From contig CAZWLL010000007.1 in the NCBI GenBank assembly GCA_964634795.1, positions 1 through 60,675 of the forward strand: 60,675 nucleotides of DNA, read 5' to 3'. Source of the DNA: an uncultured Ruminococcus sp. (GTDB lineage Bacteria > Bacillota > Clostridia > Oscillospirales > CAG-272). Both the position numbers and the translations under genes were made by a program. Positions 39,949-49,452 of this stretch are shown one piece after another; positions within the stretch are counted from its first letter, which is position 1, and each line of letters opens with the position of its first letter. The notes beneath the pieces are model-generated. The model did not search any database, was not told where the DNA came from, and saw only the letters and a list, made by a program, of their open reading frames with translations.

Positions 39949-41232
39949 ATGTCATACGTAACCGAAAAGATGAATAATTATGTCGCGGATATCCAAGACA
40001 AACTGATTAAAAAAGGCAGACCTCAGATTGCCGAGATGTTCAAAGCAACATATCTTAATACTATTGAAACAACAGTGAAAATGGATGAACACGGTGCTTT
40101 TGTTATTACAGGCGATATTCCCGCAATGTGGCTCCGTGACTCGTCAGCTCAGGTAAGACATTATCTGCCTCTTACAAAAGAAGATGCGGATATCAGAAAT
40201 CTTGTCGCAAGCCTGATTAAGAGACAGGCGTACTGCATTACCTGTGATCCGTATGCAAATGCTTTTAACCGCACCGGTGATAAAATAACGCAATGGGGAC
40301 TCGTTGATAAAACGGAATACAATAATCCCATGGCATGGGAAAGAAAATACGAAGTTGATTCATTATGCTATCCCGTAAACCTTGCTTATCATTTCTGGAA
40401 AGCATCCGAATCGACAGAACACTTTGATGACAGCTTTAAAAAGGCATGTGAAAAAATACTTGATGTATTTGAAACAGAGCAATATCACGAGGAAAAATCA
40501 AAGTATCGTTTTGAGAGAACAAACTGCCCGCCGACGGATACACTTTGCAATGAAGGCAAAGGCTCTCCCGTTGCTTATACGGGTATGACATGGTCGGGAT
40601 TCAGACCGAGTGACGATTCCTGTACATACCATTATCTTATTCCGTCGGAAATGTTCGCATCGGTAATTCTCGGATATATGGTTGAGTTTGCCGATAAGGT
40701 ATATAAGGATAATTCTCTTTCCGCACGTGCGTCAAAACTGAAATCCGAAATCGATGAAGGAATTTCTAAATACGCAATTTACAATCATCCCGAGTTCGGT
40801 AAAATATATGCGTATGAAACCGACGGTTTAGGCAACTACAATCTTATGGATGACGCCAATGTGCCGAGCCTCCTTTCCCTGCCGTATCTCGGATATTGCA
40901 CAACGGACGATGAAATATACAAAAATACGAGAAAGTTTATTCTTTCACCCGCTAATCCGTATTATTACGAAGGTAAAGCGGCAAAAGGTATAGGAAGTCC
41001 GCATACACCTAAGGATTATATATGGCATGTATCACTTGCAATGCAGGGACTGACATCCGATAATGACGATGAGATAAATTACCTTCTTGATTTATTTGAA
41101 ACGACAACTGCGGGAACAGGACTCATGCATGAAGGATTTAATGTTGATAATCCGGATAAATTTACACGCTCATGGTTTGCTTGGGCAAATTCGATTTTTG
41201 CCGAATTTGTTATTCACGCAGCTGAGAGATAA
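39949..41232 (+). CDS. GH125-family glycoside hydrolase (exo-alpha-1,6-mannosidase-like)
   Basis: ITGDIPAMWLRDSSAQ, WERKYEVDSLCY, FRPSDD, MDDANVPSLL, FTRSWFAWANS. Confidence 0.9.
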   Translation: MSYVTEKMNNYVADIQDKLIKKGRPQIAEMFKATYLNTIETTVKMDEHGAFVITGDIPAMWLRDSSAQVRHYLPLTKEDADIRNLVASLIKRQAYCITCDPYANAFNRTGDKITQWGLVDKTEYNNPMAWERKYEVDSLCYPVNLAYHFWKASESTEHFDDSFKKACEKILDVFETEQYHEEKSKYRFERTNCPPTDTLCNEGKGSPVAYTGMTWSGFRPSDDSCTYHYLIPSEMFASVILGYMVEFADKVYKDNSLSARASKLKSEIDEGISKYAIYNHPEFGKIYAYETDGLGNYNLMDDANVPSLLSLPYLGYCTTDDEIYKNTRKFILSPANPYYYEGKAAKGIGSPHTPKDYIWHVSLAMQGLTSDNDDEINYLLDLFETTTAGTGLMHEGFNVDNPDKFTRSWFAWANSIFAEFVIHAAER

Positions 41233-41244
41233 TTATCTTCACGC

Positions 41245-41283
41245 ATCAAGCAGTTATAGAAAATACTATGACTGCTTGATTTG
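41245..41283 (+). terminator. Terminator hairpin
   Basis: ATCAAGCAGTTATAG/CTATGACTGCTTGAT stem. Confidence 0.7.
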
Positions 41284-41344
41284 TGTAAAACAGATATAAT
41301 CGCAAATATATAAAAATACAAACTTAACGAGAGAATTACAGAAA

Positions 41345-43564
41345 ATGCCAAGAAAAAAGAACAACAACGAGGGAGAAATAAAGAAAACTCAGGCTATAAT
41401 AAGCGAACAGCCTATTGTCGATACAATAGAACACAACTATATGCCGTACGCTATGAGTGTCATTGTTTCAAGAGCCATACCTGAAATAGACGGCTTCAAG
41501 CCTTCGCACAGAAAGCTTCTTTACACTATGTATAAGCTCGGTCTTATGACCGGAAACAGAATGAAGAGTGCAACGGTAGCGGGCAGAACTATGGCACTGA
41601 ATCCTCACGGAGACGCCGGTATATATGATACTCTTGTAAGACTTACAAGAGACAACGAATCTCTGCTCCATCCGTTTATAGACTCGAAAGGCTCATTCGG
41701 TAAGCATTACAGCGGAGACGCAGCTGCGGCACCGAGATACACAGAGGTTAAGCTTGAGCCTTTTTGTGCCGAAATATTCGGCGGAATAGATAAAGACGCG
41801 GTTGACATGGTGCCAAACTACGACAATACGATGCTTGAGCCTGCACTTTTGCCGACTTCTTTTCCGAACATATTGGTTTCACCGAACATGGGTATTGCCG
41901 TCGGACTGCAGTCACAGATATGTTCTTTTAACTTAGCCGAGGTATGCGACGGAACGATAGCATTGCTGAAAAATCCCAAAATTACAACGGATAAGCTGCT
42001 TGATATTATTAAGGCTCCGGATTTTTCAACCGGAGGAGAGCTTATCTACGACAGGGAGCAGCTTAAAAAGATATACGAAACCGGTGACGGAAGCTTTAAG
42101 GTTCGCTCAAAATACAGATATGATGCGAAAAACAGTTTAATCGAGATAACGGAAATACCGTATTCGACATCAATAGATGTCATTTTGAAAAGATTGACCG
42201 ACCTGCTTAAGGACGGCAAGTTCCGTGAAATATCCGATGTACGAGACGAAATAGACTTATCGGGATTCAAACTGACAATAGATATAAAAAAAGGAACCGA
42301 TCCTGATGTTCTGATGTCTAAGCTGTTTCATACTACAACATTAGAGGATGGTTTTCCGTGCAATTTCAACGTGTTGATTAACGGCTCTCCAATACAGTTG
42401 GGGGTACGAGGAATTCTTGAAGAATGGATTAAGTTCAGAATGAACTGTGTCAAGCGAGAGCTGACATTTGAACTTGACCGTAAAAAGGAAAAGCTTCATC
42501 TTTTAAGAGGCTTGGGAAAAATACTTGTTGATATTGATAAAGCTATTAAAATCGTTCGCGAAACAGAACGTGAGTCAGACGTAGTACCGCGACTGATGGA
42601 AGGCTTTTCCATTGATGAAATTCAAGCGGATTATATTGCCGAAATCAAGCTCCGTCATTTGAATCGTGAGTATATTATCGAAAGAATACGTGAGTTGGAC
42701 AGCCTGCAAAAGGAAATAGCCGAACTCGAGGGTATCATTGCCGATGATGTGAAATTAAAGGATGTTATCGCGAAACAACTTAGTACCGTTAAGAAAAAGT
42801 ACGGAATTCCGAGAAAAACATCTATAATAGAGGTTGACGAGGACGCCGTTACATACGATGAATCGGAAACGGAAAACTATGATGTTTTCCTTGTGCTTAC
42901 AAAAGAAGGCTATTTCAAGAAAATTACCCGTCAATCTATCATGCGCGCTAACGAACAGAAGATGAAGGACGGAGATGAAATTCTTAATTGCGAAAATTCA
43001 AACAATCTTTCGGAATTGATATTCTTCACGGATAAGGCACAGGCATATAAATGCAAAACAGCCGATCTCGATGTCGTTAAGGCATCCGCGCTCGGAGAGT
43101 TTATTGCCGCCAAGCTCGGTTTTGAGGATGACGAGAAGCCTGTTATGATGAAGGCATTGAACAGCTATTCACAGGATGACAATTTCATCTTTATTTTTAA
43201 AAACGGCAAAGGCGTAAAGATTCCCGTTACCGCATACGAAACAAAAACAAACAGACGTAAGCTCACCGGTGCATTTTCCGACTCTTCACCGATAGCCGCG
43301 GTTATTTACGAGCACGAACCGATTGACATATTCATTCAGAACAGTGCTGATAAGGGAATACTCATTAGCTCTGAATTAATTCCGAAGAAAACGACACGTT
43401 CTTCAGCCGGAGTTACATTGTTTAATATGAAGAGCGGTGTCGAGATTACCTCTGTTGAATACGGCGAGCAAATCGATAAAGAAAAAACATCTAAATGCAG
43501 GAAGAACAAAATTCCGGCAACAGGTGTTGCGGTTAAGAAAAACGAGCAGATATCGATGGAGTAA
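41345..43564 (+). CDS. Type IIA DNA topoisomerase subunit A (GyrA/ParC family)
   Basis: YAMSVIVSRAIP...DGFKPSHR, PHGD, AAPRYTE (catalytic Tyr), APDFSTGG, C-terminal LTKEGYFKK pinwheel start. Confidence 0.92.
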   Translation: MPRKKNNNEGEIKKTQAIISEQPIVDTIEHNYMPYAMSVIVSRAIPEIDGFKPSHRKLLYTMYKLGLMTGNRMKSATVAGRTMALNPHGDAGIYDTLVRLTRDNESLLHPFIDSKGSFGKHYSGDAAAAPRYTEVKLEPFCAEIFGGIDKDAVDMVPNYDNTMLEPALLPTSFPNILVSPNMGIAVGLQSQICSFNLAEVCDGTIALLKNPKITTDKLLDIIKAPDFSTGGELIYDREQLKKIYETGDGSFKVRSKYRYDAKNSLIEITEIPYSTSIDVILKRLTDLLKDGKFREISDVRDEIDLSGFKLTIDIKKGTDPDVLMSKLFHTTTLEDGFPCNFNVLINGSPIQLGVRGILEEWIKFRMNCVKRELTFELDRKKEKLHLLRGLGKILVDIDKAIKIVRETERESDVVPRLMEGFSIDEIQADYIAEIKLRHLNREYIIERIRELDSLQKEIAELEGIIADDVKLKDVIAKQLSTVKKKYGIPRKTSIIEVDEDAVTYDESETENYDVFLVLTKEGYFKKITRQSIMRANEQKMKDGDEILNCENSNNLSELIFFTDKAQAYKCKTADLDVVKASALGEFIAAKLGFEDDEKPVMMKALNSYSQDDNFIFIFKNGKGVKIPVTAYETKTNRRKLTGAFSDSSPIAAVIYEHEPIDIFIQNSADKGILISSELIPKKTTRSSAGVTLFNMKSGVEITSVEYGEQIDKEKTSKCRKNKIPATGVAVKKNEQISME

Positions 43565-43631
43565 ACCGCGTAGGTATAGTAGACAAAATGTAAATTTTCA
43601 CTTACAGCGCATGGAGAGTTTACCGTAAGTA

Positions 43632-43660
43632 TTGAAATTATATACACTTAAGTGTATAAT
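43632..43660 (+). promoter_or_regulatory. sigmaA promoter containing an 18-bp palindrome
   Basis: TTGAAA (43632-43637), 17 nt, TATAAT (43655-43660); TATACACTTAAGTGTATA at 43641-43658. Confidence 0.7.
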
Positions 43661-43691
43661 ACCAATATGTAAAAACGAAAGGGCTACTGTT

Positions 43692-44228
43692 ATGAAAAAG
43701 AAAAAAATAATAATCATCGCATCGATAGCCGCTCTTGTTGCCGGTTTGGCAATGACCGTAGCCGCAGCTTATGACAGCTCATCCGATCCGCTTATAACGC
43801 TCAGTTATCTGCGAGATGTATTTAAATCGGAGCTTATGACCGAGATTGACGAAAAGCTTGCCGAATATTCGCAAAATAACGTCAGCGACAATGTATCTGA
43901 CGATACAAGCGAGGAGACAGAACAGGAAGTTACTTCAAACACAGCCGCATCACAAAGTTATGAGGTAATAGAGCTTACAAACGGTGATGCCTTGTATGCT
44001 GTGTCCGCATGTGAAATTATACTGCGTTCCGGAAGTGCAGTATGCACGGCTCCCGACGCTAATCAGGGAATAGCGGATATGACCGATGCATCGGAAATAT
44101 ACAACGGATATTCATTGAGCAAAAATCATCTTTGTCTTATCCCGCGCGGAGACGGCAGAGGTGTTGTTGCGGCTTCCGAATCAGTGTATATCATGGTAAG
44201 GGGTGACTATACAATTGTTGAAAACTAA
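43692..44228 (+). CDS. Hypothetical secreted/membrane-anchored protein
   Basis: MKKKKIIIIASIAALVAGLAMTVAA N-terminus, SSSDPLITLSY motif; start set at ATG 43692. Confidence 0.7.
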   Translation: MKKKKIIIIASIAALVAGLAMTVAAAYDSSSDPLITLSYLRDVFKSELMTEIDEKLAEYSQNNVSDNVSDDTSEETEQEVTSNTAASQSYEVIELTNGDALYAVSACEIILRSGSAVCTAPDANQGIADMTDASEIYNGYSLSKNHLCLIPRGDGRGVVAASESVYIMVRGDYTIVEN

Positions 44229-46257
44229 TGAGCATAAAAAACGTACTCATGAAGAACGCAAGAAGCTTGCCGTGCGTATCATAGCAATGATTCTTGCGGC
44301 ATTAATGGTTGGCAGCATGGCGTATTACACAATATATATTCTTGCTTCGACAATCAGGGCAAGTGATATTGATACGGAAACATCCTCAGTTATCGATACA
44401 TCCTCGCTTTGGGACAGCGAGGATGTTCTTGTTAGTGTGGGATTGATGTACGGTGACAATATTACTACCGGTTTCCAATGCGAGACTGATTACGGGTACA
44501 CAATAGGAGAGCAGTATCTCGATGATGATAAGAATTTCGAGGAGATTTGGGACATAGACACCGAGGTAATATCGTGTACATCGGACGCGAATCTTTCCAA
44601 AACAGATATGACATTTCTTATTACAGATGACGAAGACGATTGCGTGATTGGCGGATATCATATCGAGGTAGACTGTTCAGATTATGACAGAGATGAGCTT
44701 GAGAAGCTTATAGACGATACTGAGCGTGATGTCGAAAGACTCGGATTATATACAATACCTTCGTATATTAATTCAGAATATATGCTCAGAATAGGTTCGT
44801 TCGAAAGCTACAGAGATGCGGATGAGTATGTTTCGGATGTCGAAGATATTTTTGACGGAGAAGATGTTTATGTTGTCTCACCGTCGGTTACTGCCGTTTC
44901 TGTTCTTGATCCTTACGATGATATAATTTTATTCGAATATGATTGTGAGGGCGAGAGCGAGCTTGGTTTGACGGCACATGAGGATGACAACGGCAACACA
45001 TATATTATGACACCTGCCAAGAATGTATATGACGGTGTATTCTGCTTCAAGAGATATGATAACGGTGAAACGGACGGAGTGTCACTTATTAATATTCTCC
45101 CCCTTGAGTCTTATGTAGCAGGCGTTTTACCGTATGAAACGTCAAACTCATGGCTGTTCGAAACATTAAAAGCCTTCGCGATTACTGTACGTTCGTTTAC
45201 ATTGACGCACCTTTATAAACACAAGCAATACGGCTTTGATTTATGTGCCACAACCGAATGCCAGGTATATAAGGGTGCGGGCAGAATTAACGATAATGTT
45301 CTGAATGCTGTATCCGATACCAAGGGTGAGGTCATGACATATGACGGAGATATAGTCAACGCATATTATTCATCCTCAATGGGCGGAGTTACGGTCAGCG
45401 CAAAGGATGCGTGGGGCAGTTCGACTGAATACCCGTATCTGACTGCGGTTGAAACGCCATGGGAAAATTACATGGTGCATAACAACGGCTTCTGGATTAA
45501 TGAGGTATCTCCCGAGGACCTTCTCGAGAGACTTCACCAGGCAGGATATGATGAGTTTGAGGATGCCATTGAAGATGTTGAAATAATCGAGCTTGCGAAA
45601 AATTCAACATATGTAAAAACATTGCGCGTAACCGATATTTACGGAACAAGTGTCGACATAACCACTACGGATAAGGTTCGTACGTCACTCACACCTTATG
45701 TAAAGAGCGCGAACTTTGTTGTCGGAAAAGGCGAGGTTGAGTATACCGAGAATGTTGTTGTTGACTATGTGTCACCGGAATATGACAGCTCATCCGATTA
45801 CGATCTTGACTACGGCTATACAAATGTTGCAGACTGTTATGTAATGACATCGGACTATATAGGAACGAATGACAGCGGAGCCTCAGTGGTTTTAACAGGC
45901 AATGATAAAATTATATATAACCGTAAAGACGTTTTCGTTATTACAAAACAAAACGCGTCGGCATTTCTCGGAGACGAATACAAAAAATATGCCGAGGAAG
46001 ATACAACTGAGGAAGATACACATATAACCGAAGAAATTGCCGAAAAATCCACCGACGAAATTAAATATAAGGTTGCATATGCCGATGACAGTGACAATTT
46101 CATATTTGTCGGAAAAGGCTGGGGACACGGCGTCGGAATGAGTCAGTACGGTGCGCTTGATATGGCGGCACTCGGCTATAGCTCAAACGAAATACTTGAG
46201 GCGTACTTTAAGGATATTGATATAGTAAACTATTGGAGAACAAATAATTTCGATTAA
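44203..46257 (+). CDS. SpoIID/LytB-domain protein (peptidoglycan lytic transglycosylase-like)
   Basis: TM segment, LINILPLESYVAGVLPYE, LKAFAITVRS, DLCATTECQVY, YYSSSMGG, GKGWGHGVGMSQYGA. Confidence 0.88.
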   Translation: MTIQLLKTNEHKKRTHEERKKLAVRIIAMILAALMVGSMAYYTIYILASTIRASDIDTETSSVIDTSSLWDSEDVLVSVGLMYGDNITTGFQCETDYGYTIGEQYLDDDKNFEEIWDIDTEVISCTSDANLSKTDMTFLITDDEDDCVIGGYHIEVDCSDYDRDELEKLIDDTERDVERLGLYTIPSYINSEYMLRIGSFESYRDADEYVSDVEDIFDGEDVYVVSPSVTAVSVLDPYDDIILFEYDCEGESELGLTAHEDDNGNTYIMTPAKNVYDGVFCFKRYDNGETDGVSLINILPLESYVAGVLPYETSNSWLFETLKAFAITVRSFTLTHLYKHKQYGFDLCATTECQVYKGAGRINDNVLNAVSDTKGEVMTYDGDIVNAYYSSSMGGVTVSAKDAWGSSTEYPYLTAVETPWENYMVHNNGFWINEVSPEDLLERLHQAGYDEFEDAIEDVEIIELAKNSTYVKTLRVTDIYGTSVDITTTDKVRTSLTPYVKSANFVVGKGEVEYTENVVVDYVSPEYDSSSDYDLDYGYTNVADCYVMTSDYIGTNDSGASVVLTGNDKIIYNRKDVFVITKQNASAFLGDEYKKYAEEDTTEEDTHITEEIAEKSTDEIKYKVAYADDSDNFIFVGKGWGHGVGMSQYGALDMAALGYSSNEILEAYFKDIDIVNYWRTNNFD

Positions 46258-46310
46258 GCAAGTTAAAGCCGATTTAAAACCGCTTAACAATAATTTACGC
46301 ATACCCGAAT

Positions 46311-46351
46311 AAAAAACGGATGGTATACTAATAATATACCATCCGTTTTTT
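46311..46351. terminator. Bidirectional intrinsic terminator between convergent genes
   Basis: AAAAAACGGATGGTATA/TATACCATCCGTTTTTT perfect 17-bp inverted repeat. Confidence 0.85.
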
Positions 46352-46365
46352 TGTCTAATTGATTA

Positions 46366-46614
46366 TTACTTACCGAGAGCTTCGTAAATCGCTCTTGAGA
46401 GCTGGTCGGCACACGATGTGGAACGAGGGCCGCATGTATTGCCTTTTAATAAATCGGCAATTTCTTTTGCGTTCTTTCCGTTACATAGCTTTGAAACGGC
46501 TTTAAGGTTGCCGTTGCAGCCGCCTGTAAAGGCGATGTTTTTAATTATACCGTCTTCAATTTCAAAATCGATTTGCGATGAGCATGTTCCGTTTGTTTTG
46601 TATGAGTATTTCAT
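46366..46614 (-). CDS. TIGR03905-like TSCPD-domain small protein
   Basis: YSYKTNGTCSSQIDF, FTGGCNGNL, CGPRSTSCADQL. Confidence 0.85.
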   Translation of the reverse strand: MKYSYKTNGTCSSQIDFEIEDGIIKNIAFTGGCNGNLKAVSKLCNGKNAKEIADLLKGNTCGPRSTSCADQLSRAIYEALGK

Positions 46615-46640
46615 ATCTGTTGTCCTTTGCTGAAATTAAA

Positions 46641-47603
46641 TTATTTAGCTTCTTCTTCTTCCGCGGATTCGGATGAGGATGACCTGTATATTGTAATATC
46701 GGATGAATCAGTATTGATAATGATTTCACCGCGTGCCGAATCAACGTTGGTGTGAGTGTACGGACTCAATACCTCTGAGCCGTCAAGTGTTATTTTACCT
46801 GATGCGGATGTGAGATCCATATTAATTATGTCAAGCTGACTGATAGTTCCTATTGAAATCGCTCCGCTTTCGGAATTGATAGCGGCGCTTCCCGCGCAGC
46901 GGAATTTATCGGCGTTCATATTGAGTTCTTTTACGTTAATATTAATGTACTGTATTAATGCGGTTGAAAGCTCTAAATCTACCTTTTCCGCGGGAGAGTC
47001 GCTTGTGCCCGCATTGATGTTGAAGGTTGACGATGTGCGCAGCACATTACCGCCTATTACGGCGTTTTTAGTTGTAATATTGTAATCTGTTCCTGTTGTC
47101 ATGTCGGAAATATTCAAAACAAGATCGTCCGACTTTATATCGAATATTTTGATTTCCTTGTCGCTTGAAAGATATACATTTATAACCTTGTCTTTGCTTT
47201 CATCAACTGTATTGTTGAAGTTGAAAATGTACCGCATGCCCTTGAAAGAAAAACCGTTTTCCCAGAACTTGAGCATGGATTTTATATCGGGAATTTCATC
47301 AAAACTCAAAACGCGGTTGGCGTTTGAGAGGGAATAGTAGTTTTCCTTGAAGTTTACGAACTCGATATAAGATTTATCCTGACGTCCGTATATGTTTATC
47401 TGAACCTTAGACGCGATAAGCTCGATTTTCGATATTTCCGAATCGGTTAAATCGACTGTAGTGACGAGATCGGAGCCTCTGTCCTCGGAGAAAAGATATT
47501 CACCGTTTGCCTTAGCCATGTTCTGAGCAATAAAGCAGGAAACGAGTCCGACTACAATAAGGAGGACGGCTATAACGAGTGAGATTATTGATGCAGGTTT
47601 CAC
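46641..47603 (-). CDS. Membrane-anchored beta-strand repeat protein (DUF4097-like)
   Basis: N-terminal TM; C-terminal INSESGAISI, LTSASGKITL, INTDSSDITI repeats. Confidence 0.65.
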   Translation of the reverse strand: MKPASIISLVIAVLLIVVGLVSCFIAQNMAKANGEYLFSEDRGSDLVTTVDLTDSEISKIELIASKVQINIYGRQDKSYIEFVNFKENYYSLSNANRVLSFDEIPDIKSMLKFWENGFSFKGMRYIFNFNNTVDESKDKVINVYLSSDKEIKIFDIKSDDLVLNISDMTTGTDYNITTKNAVIGGNVLRTSSTFNINAGTSDSPAEKVDLELSTALIQYININVKELNMNADKFRCAGSAAINSESGAISIGTISQLDIINMDLTSASGKITLDGSEVLSPYTHTNVDSARGEIIINTDSSDITIYRSSSSESAEEEEAK

Positions 47604-48403
47604 AGCTTATAACACTCCCTTCTGACATTTAAAAACAGATCCTTGATTTTTCCGCATACAATGCCCAGCAGATTTCCGACAAGCGTGATTACCCATGGGA
47701 AAAATCTGATTGACAAATTATATATCAGGATTGATGCAAACAGAGCACATCCCGCAACCATAACACCTAAGCCTATTTCGTAGATGCCTGCTGCCGGAAA
47801 TGTAAACAGCTGTGTTATACCGAAAATAATACCTACAAGCGAAATACCCGCACCTGCGGCAACCACCGCTATGAGTATTACAACACCTGCTACTATAAGT
47901 CCTGCGAGTGCGACAAATAAAGCGGCAAACACTCCGAATATCACAGCGGCTATGGCAAGAGTAATAGGCAGGGTCAGGAAAAGTCCTACCCAGAATATGA
48001 GCATAGCCTTAACAGACGGGGAATGGTCGGGTGAATATTCAAAATAATCTTCATCCGCTGATTTAGCAGACTTTATATTGGTGCCGCGGTTTTGATTTTG
48101 TTTTACGTACGGTTTAGGTGTCACATCTCTTACCGGTGCCTTTTCCGATGGTGCGGCAACGGGAGGTATCGGCTGTACGGATGAATTTGTATTTTGAGAA
48201 TTTTTTCCCTTTGTCAGAATTACAGATATACTGTCGGCAAGCTGTTCGACTTCCTCCGAGGATTGTATTGCACTGATTTCGGATAAATCATCATTCGTGA
48301 AGGAACGGCTTAGATTGGAGACGTGTTTTGCTGCTGTTTCGTCGGGAATTCCTCTTGCTACGAGAGCTTTTTTCAGCTCACGCATGAAGATGTTTAACTC
48401 CAT
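47600..48403 (-). CDS. DUF1700/HAAS-like membrane protein
   Basis: FMRELKKAL... helical N-terminus, Pro-rich linker, long hydrophobic C-terminal half; overlaps the next gene. Confidence 0.65.
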   Translation of the reverse strand: MELNIFMRELKKALVARGIPDETAAKHVSNLSRSFTNDDLSEISAIQSSEEVEQLADSISVILTKGKNSQNTNSSVQPIPPVAAPSEKAPVRDVTPKPYVKQNQNRGTNIKSAKSADEDYFEYSPDHSPSVKAMLIFWVGLFLTLPITLAIAAVIFGVFAALFVALAGLIVAGVVILIAVVAAGAGISLVGIIFGITQLFTFPAAGIYEIGLGVMVAGCALFASILIYNLSIRFFPWVITLVGNLLGIVCGKIKDLFLNVRRECYKL

Positions 48404-48535
48404 TATCTCACCTCTCTTTTTATGCTGTAAATATAGATTTTTCTATAATCTTATGGTATAATGATAAATAGTCGAAAATTATAATAATAAAATACTGTTA
48501 TCTATATTCTATCAAAAAACGGAGTAATAATCAAT

Positions 48536-49276
48536 ATGCGAATGAGAAAAAAACGTCATGGAAATGAAAGACTTCTTACTTTGTCGTCTTTGTTGTATCC
48601 ATTTACGGAAAATGAGTGGGTTTCACCGGAGAGTGTTTTCGAAAATAACGCTCCGCTGTATCTCGAGGTCGGCTGCGGCAAGGGAGAATTTATAACATTG
48701 CTTTCCGCACGTGAAAAAAACAATAACTATATTGCTCTGGAAAGAATATCCGATGTAGCCGTGTGTGCAATAGAAAAATACGCGCGAAGCAGAGACCTCG
48801 GTGCGCTCGGAGCGAACGGCGGTTGGCTGGCTTCAGACGGAACACTGTACAAGAACGGTGAAATATATAATATTCCGCTTGAGCAGAAGGGAAACGTACG
48901 CTTTATTGTAGGTGAAGCGGGGGATGTTGTGTCATCCATGCCCGACAATTCACTTGACGGAATTATAGCGAATTTCAGTGATCCGTGGGCACGTAAATGC
49001 AATTACGAAAAGAGAAGACTGACTCATCCCGCTTTTCTCGAAAATTATAAAAGGGTAATAAAGAAAAACGGAATCTTTTCATTTAAAACAGATAACGAAA
49101 CTCTATTCGATTACACAGTTGAGGTGCTTCCTCAAAGCGGATTCGAAATAACATATACCACACGTGATTTGCACAATTCCGAAAGAGCGGAAGGAAATAT
49201 AGTAACCGAATACGAACGCAACTTTTCGGAAAAAGGCGTACCGATTAAAATGCTCGAAGCAAAACCGATAAAATAA
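48536..49276 (+). CDS. trmB: tRNA (guanine-N7)-methyltransferase
   Basis: MRMRKK, LEVGCGKGEFI, NFSDPW, KRRLTH, FKTDNETLF, TEYERNF. Confidence 0.93.
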   Translation: MRMRKKRHGNERLLTLSSLLYPFTENEWVSPESVFENNAPLYLEVGCGKGEFITLLSAREKNNNYIALERISDVAVCAIEKYARSRDLGALGANGGWLASDGTLYKNGEIYNIPLEQKGNVRFIVGEAGDVVSSMPDNSLDGIIANFSDPWARKCNYEKRRLTHPAFLENYKRVIKKNGIFSFKTDNETLFDYTVEVLPQSGFEITYTTRDLHNSERAEGNIVTEYERNFSEKGVPIKMLEAKPIK

Positions 49277-49290
49277 GCATAAAAAAACAC

Positions 49291-49319
49291 TTGACAGACA
49301 AACCCACAAGTGATATAAT
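49291..49319 (+). promoter_or_regulatory. Consensus sigmaA promoter (plus strand)
   Basis: TTGACA, 17 nt, TATAAT. Confidence 0.8.
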
Positions 49320-49363
49320 AATGTTTATTAAATACGAATAAATATAAACAATAACTTAATTAT

Positions 49364-49392
49364 AGTATATCACAATATTTATACGTTGTCAA
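49364..49392 (-). promoter_or_regulatory. Near-consensus sigmaA promoter (minus strand, antisense to trmB)
   Basis: Minus strand TTGACA (49392-49387), 17 nt, TATACT (49369-49364). Confidence 0.55.
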
Positions 49393-49452
49393 TGGTAATG
49401 TATTAATTTTTTTGGAAATTTTAATAATATATTCAGAAAGTGGAACAGTATA

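Noticed and set aside
48785-48890. Intein in TrmB or RdgB
   Set aside because: The insertions are only ~25-30 aa and lack the C/S start and HN/HQ end motifs.
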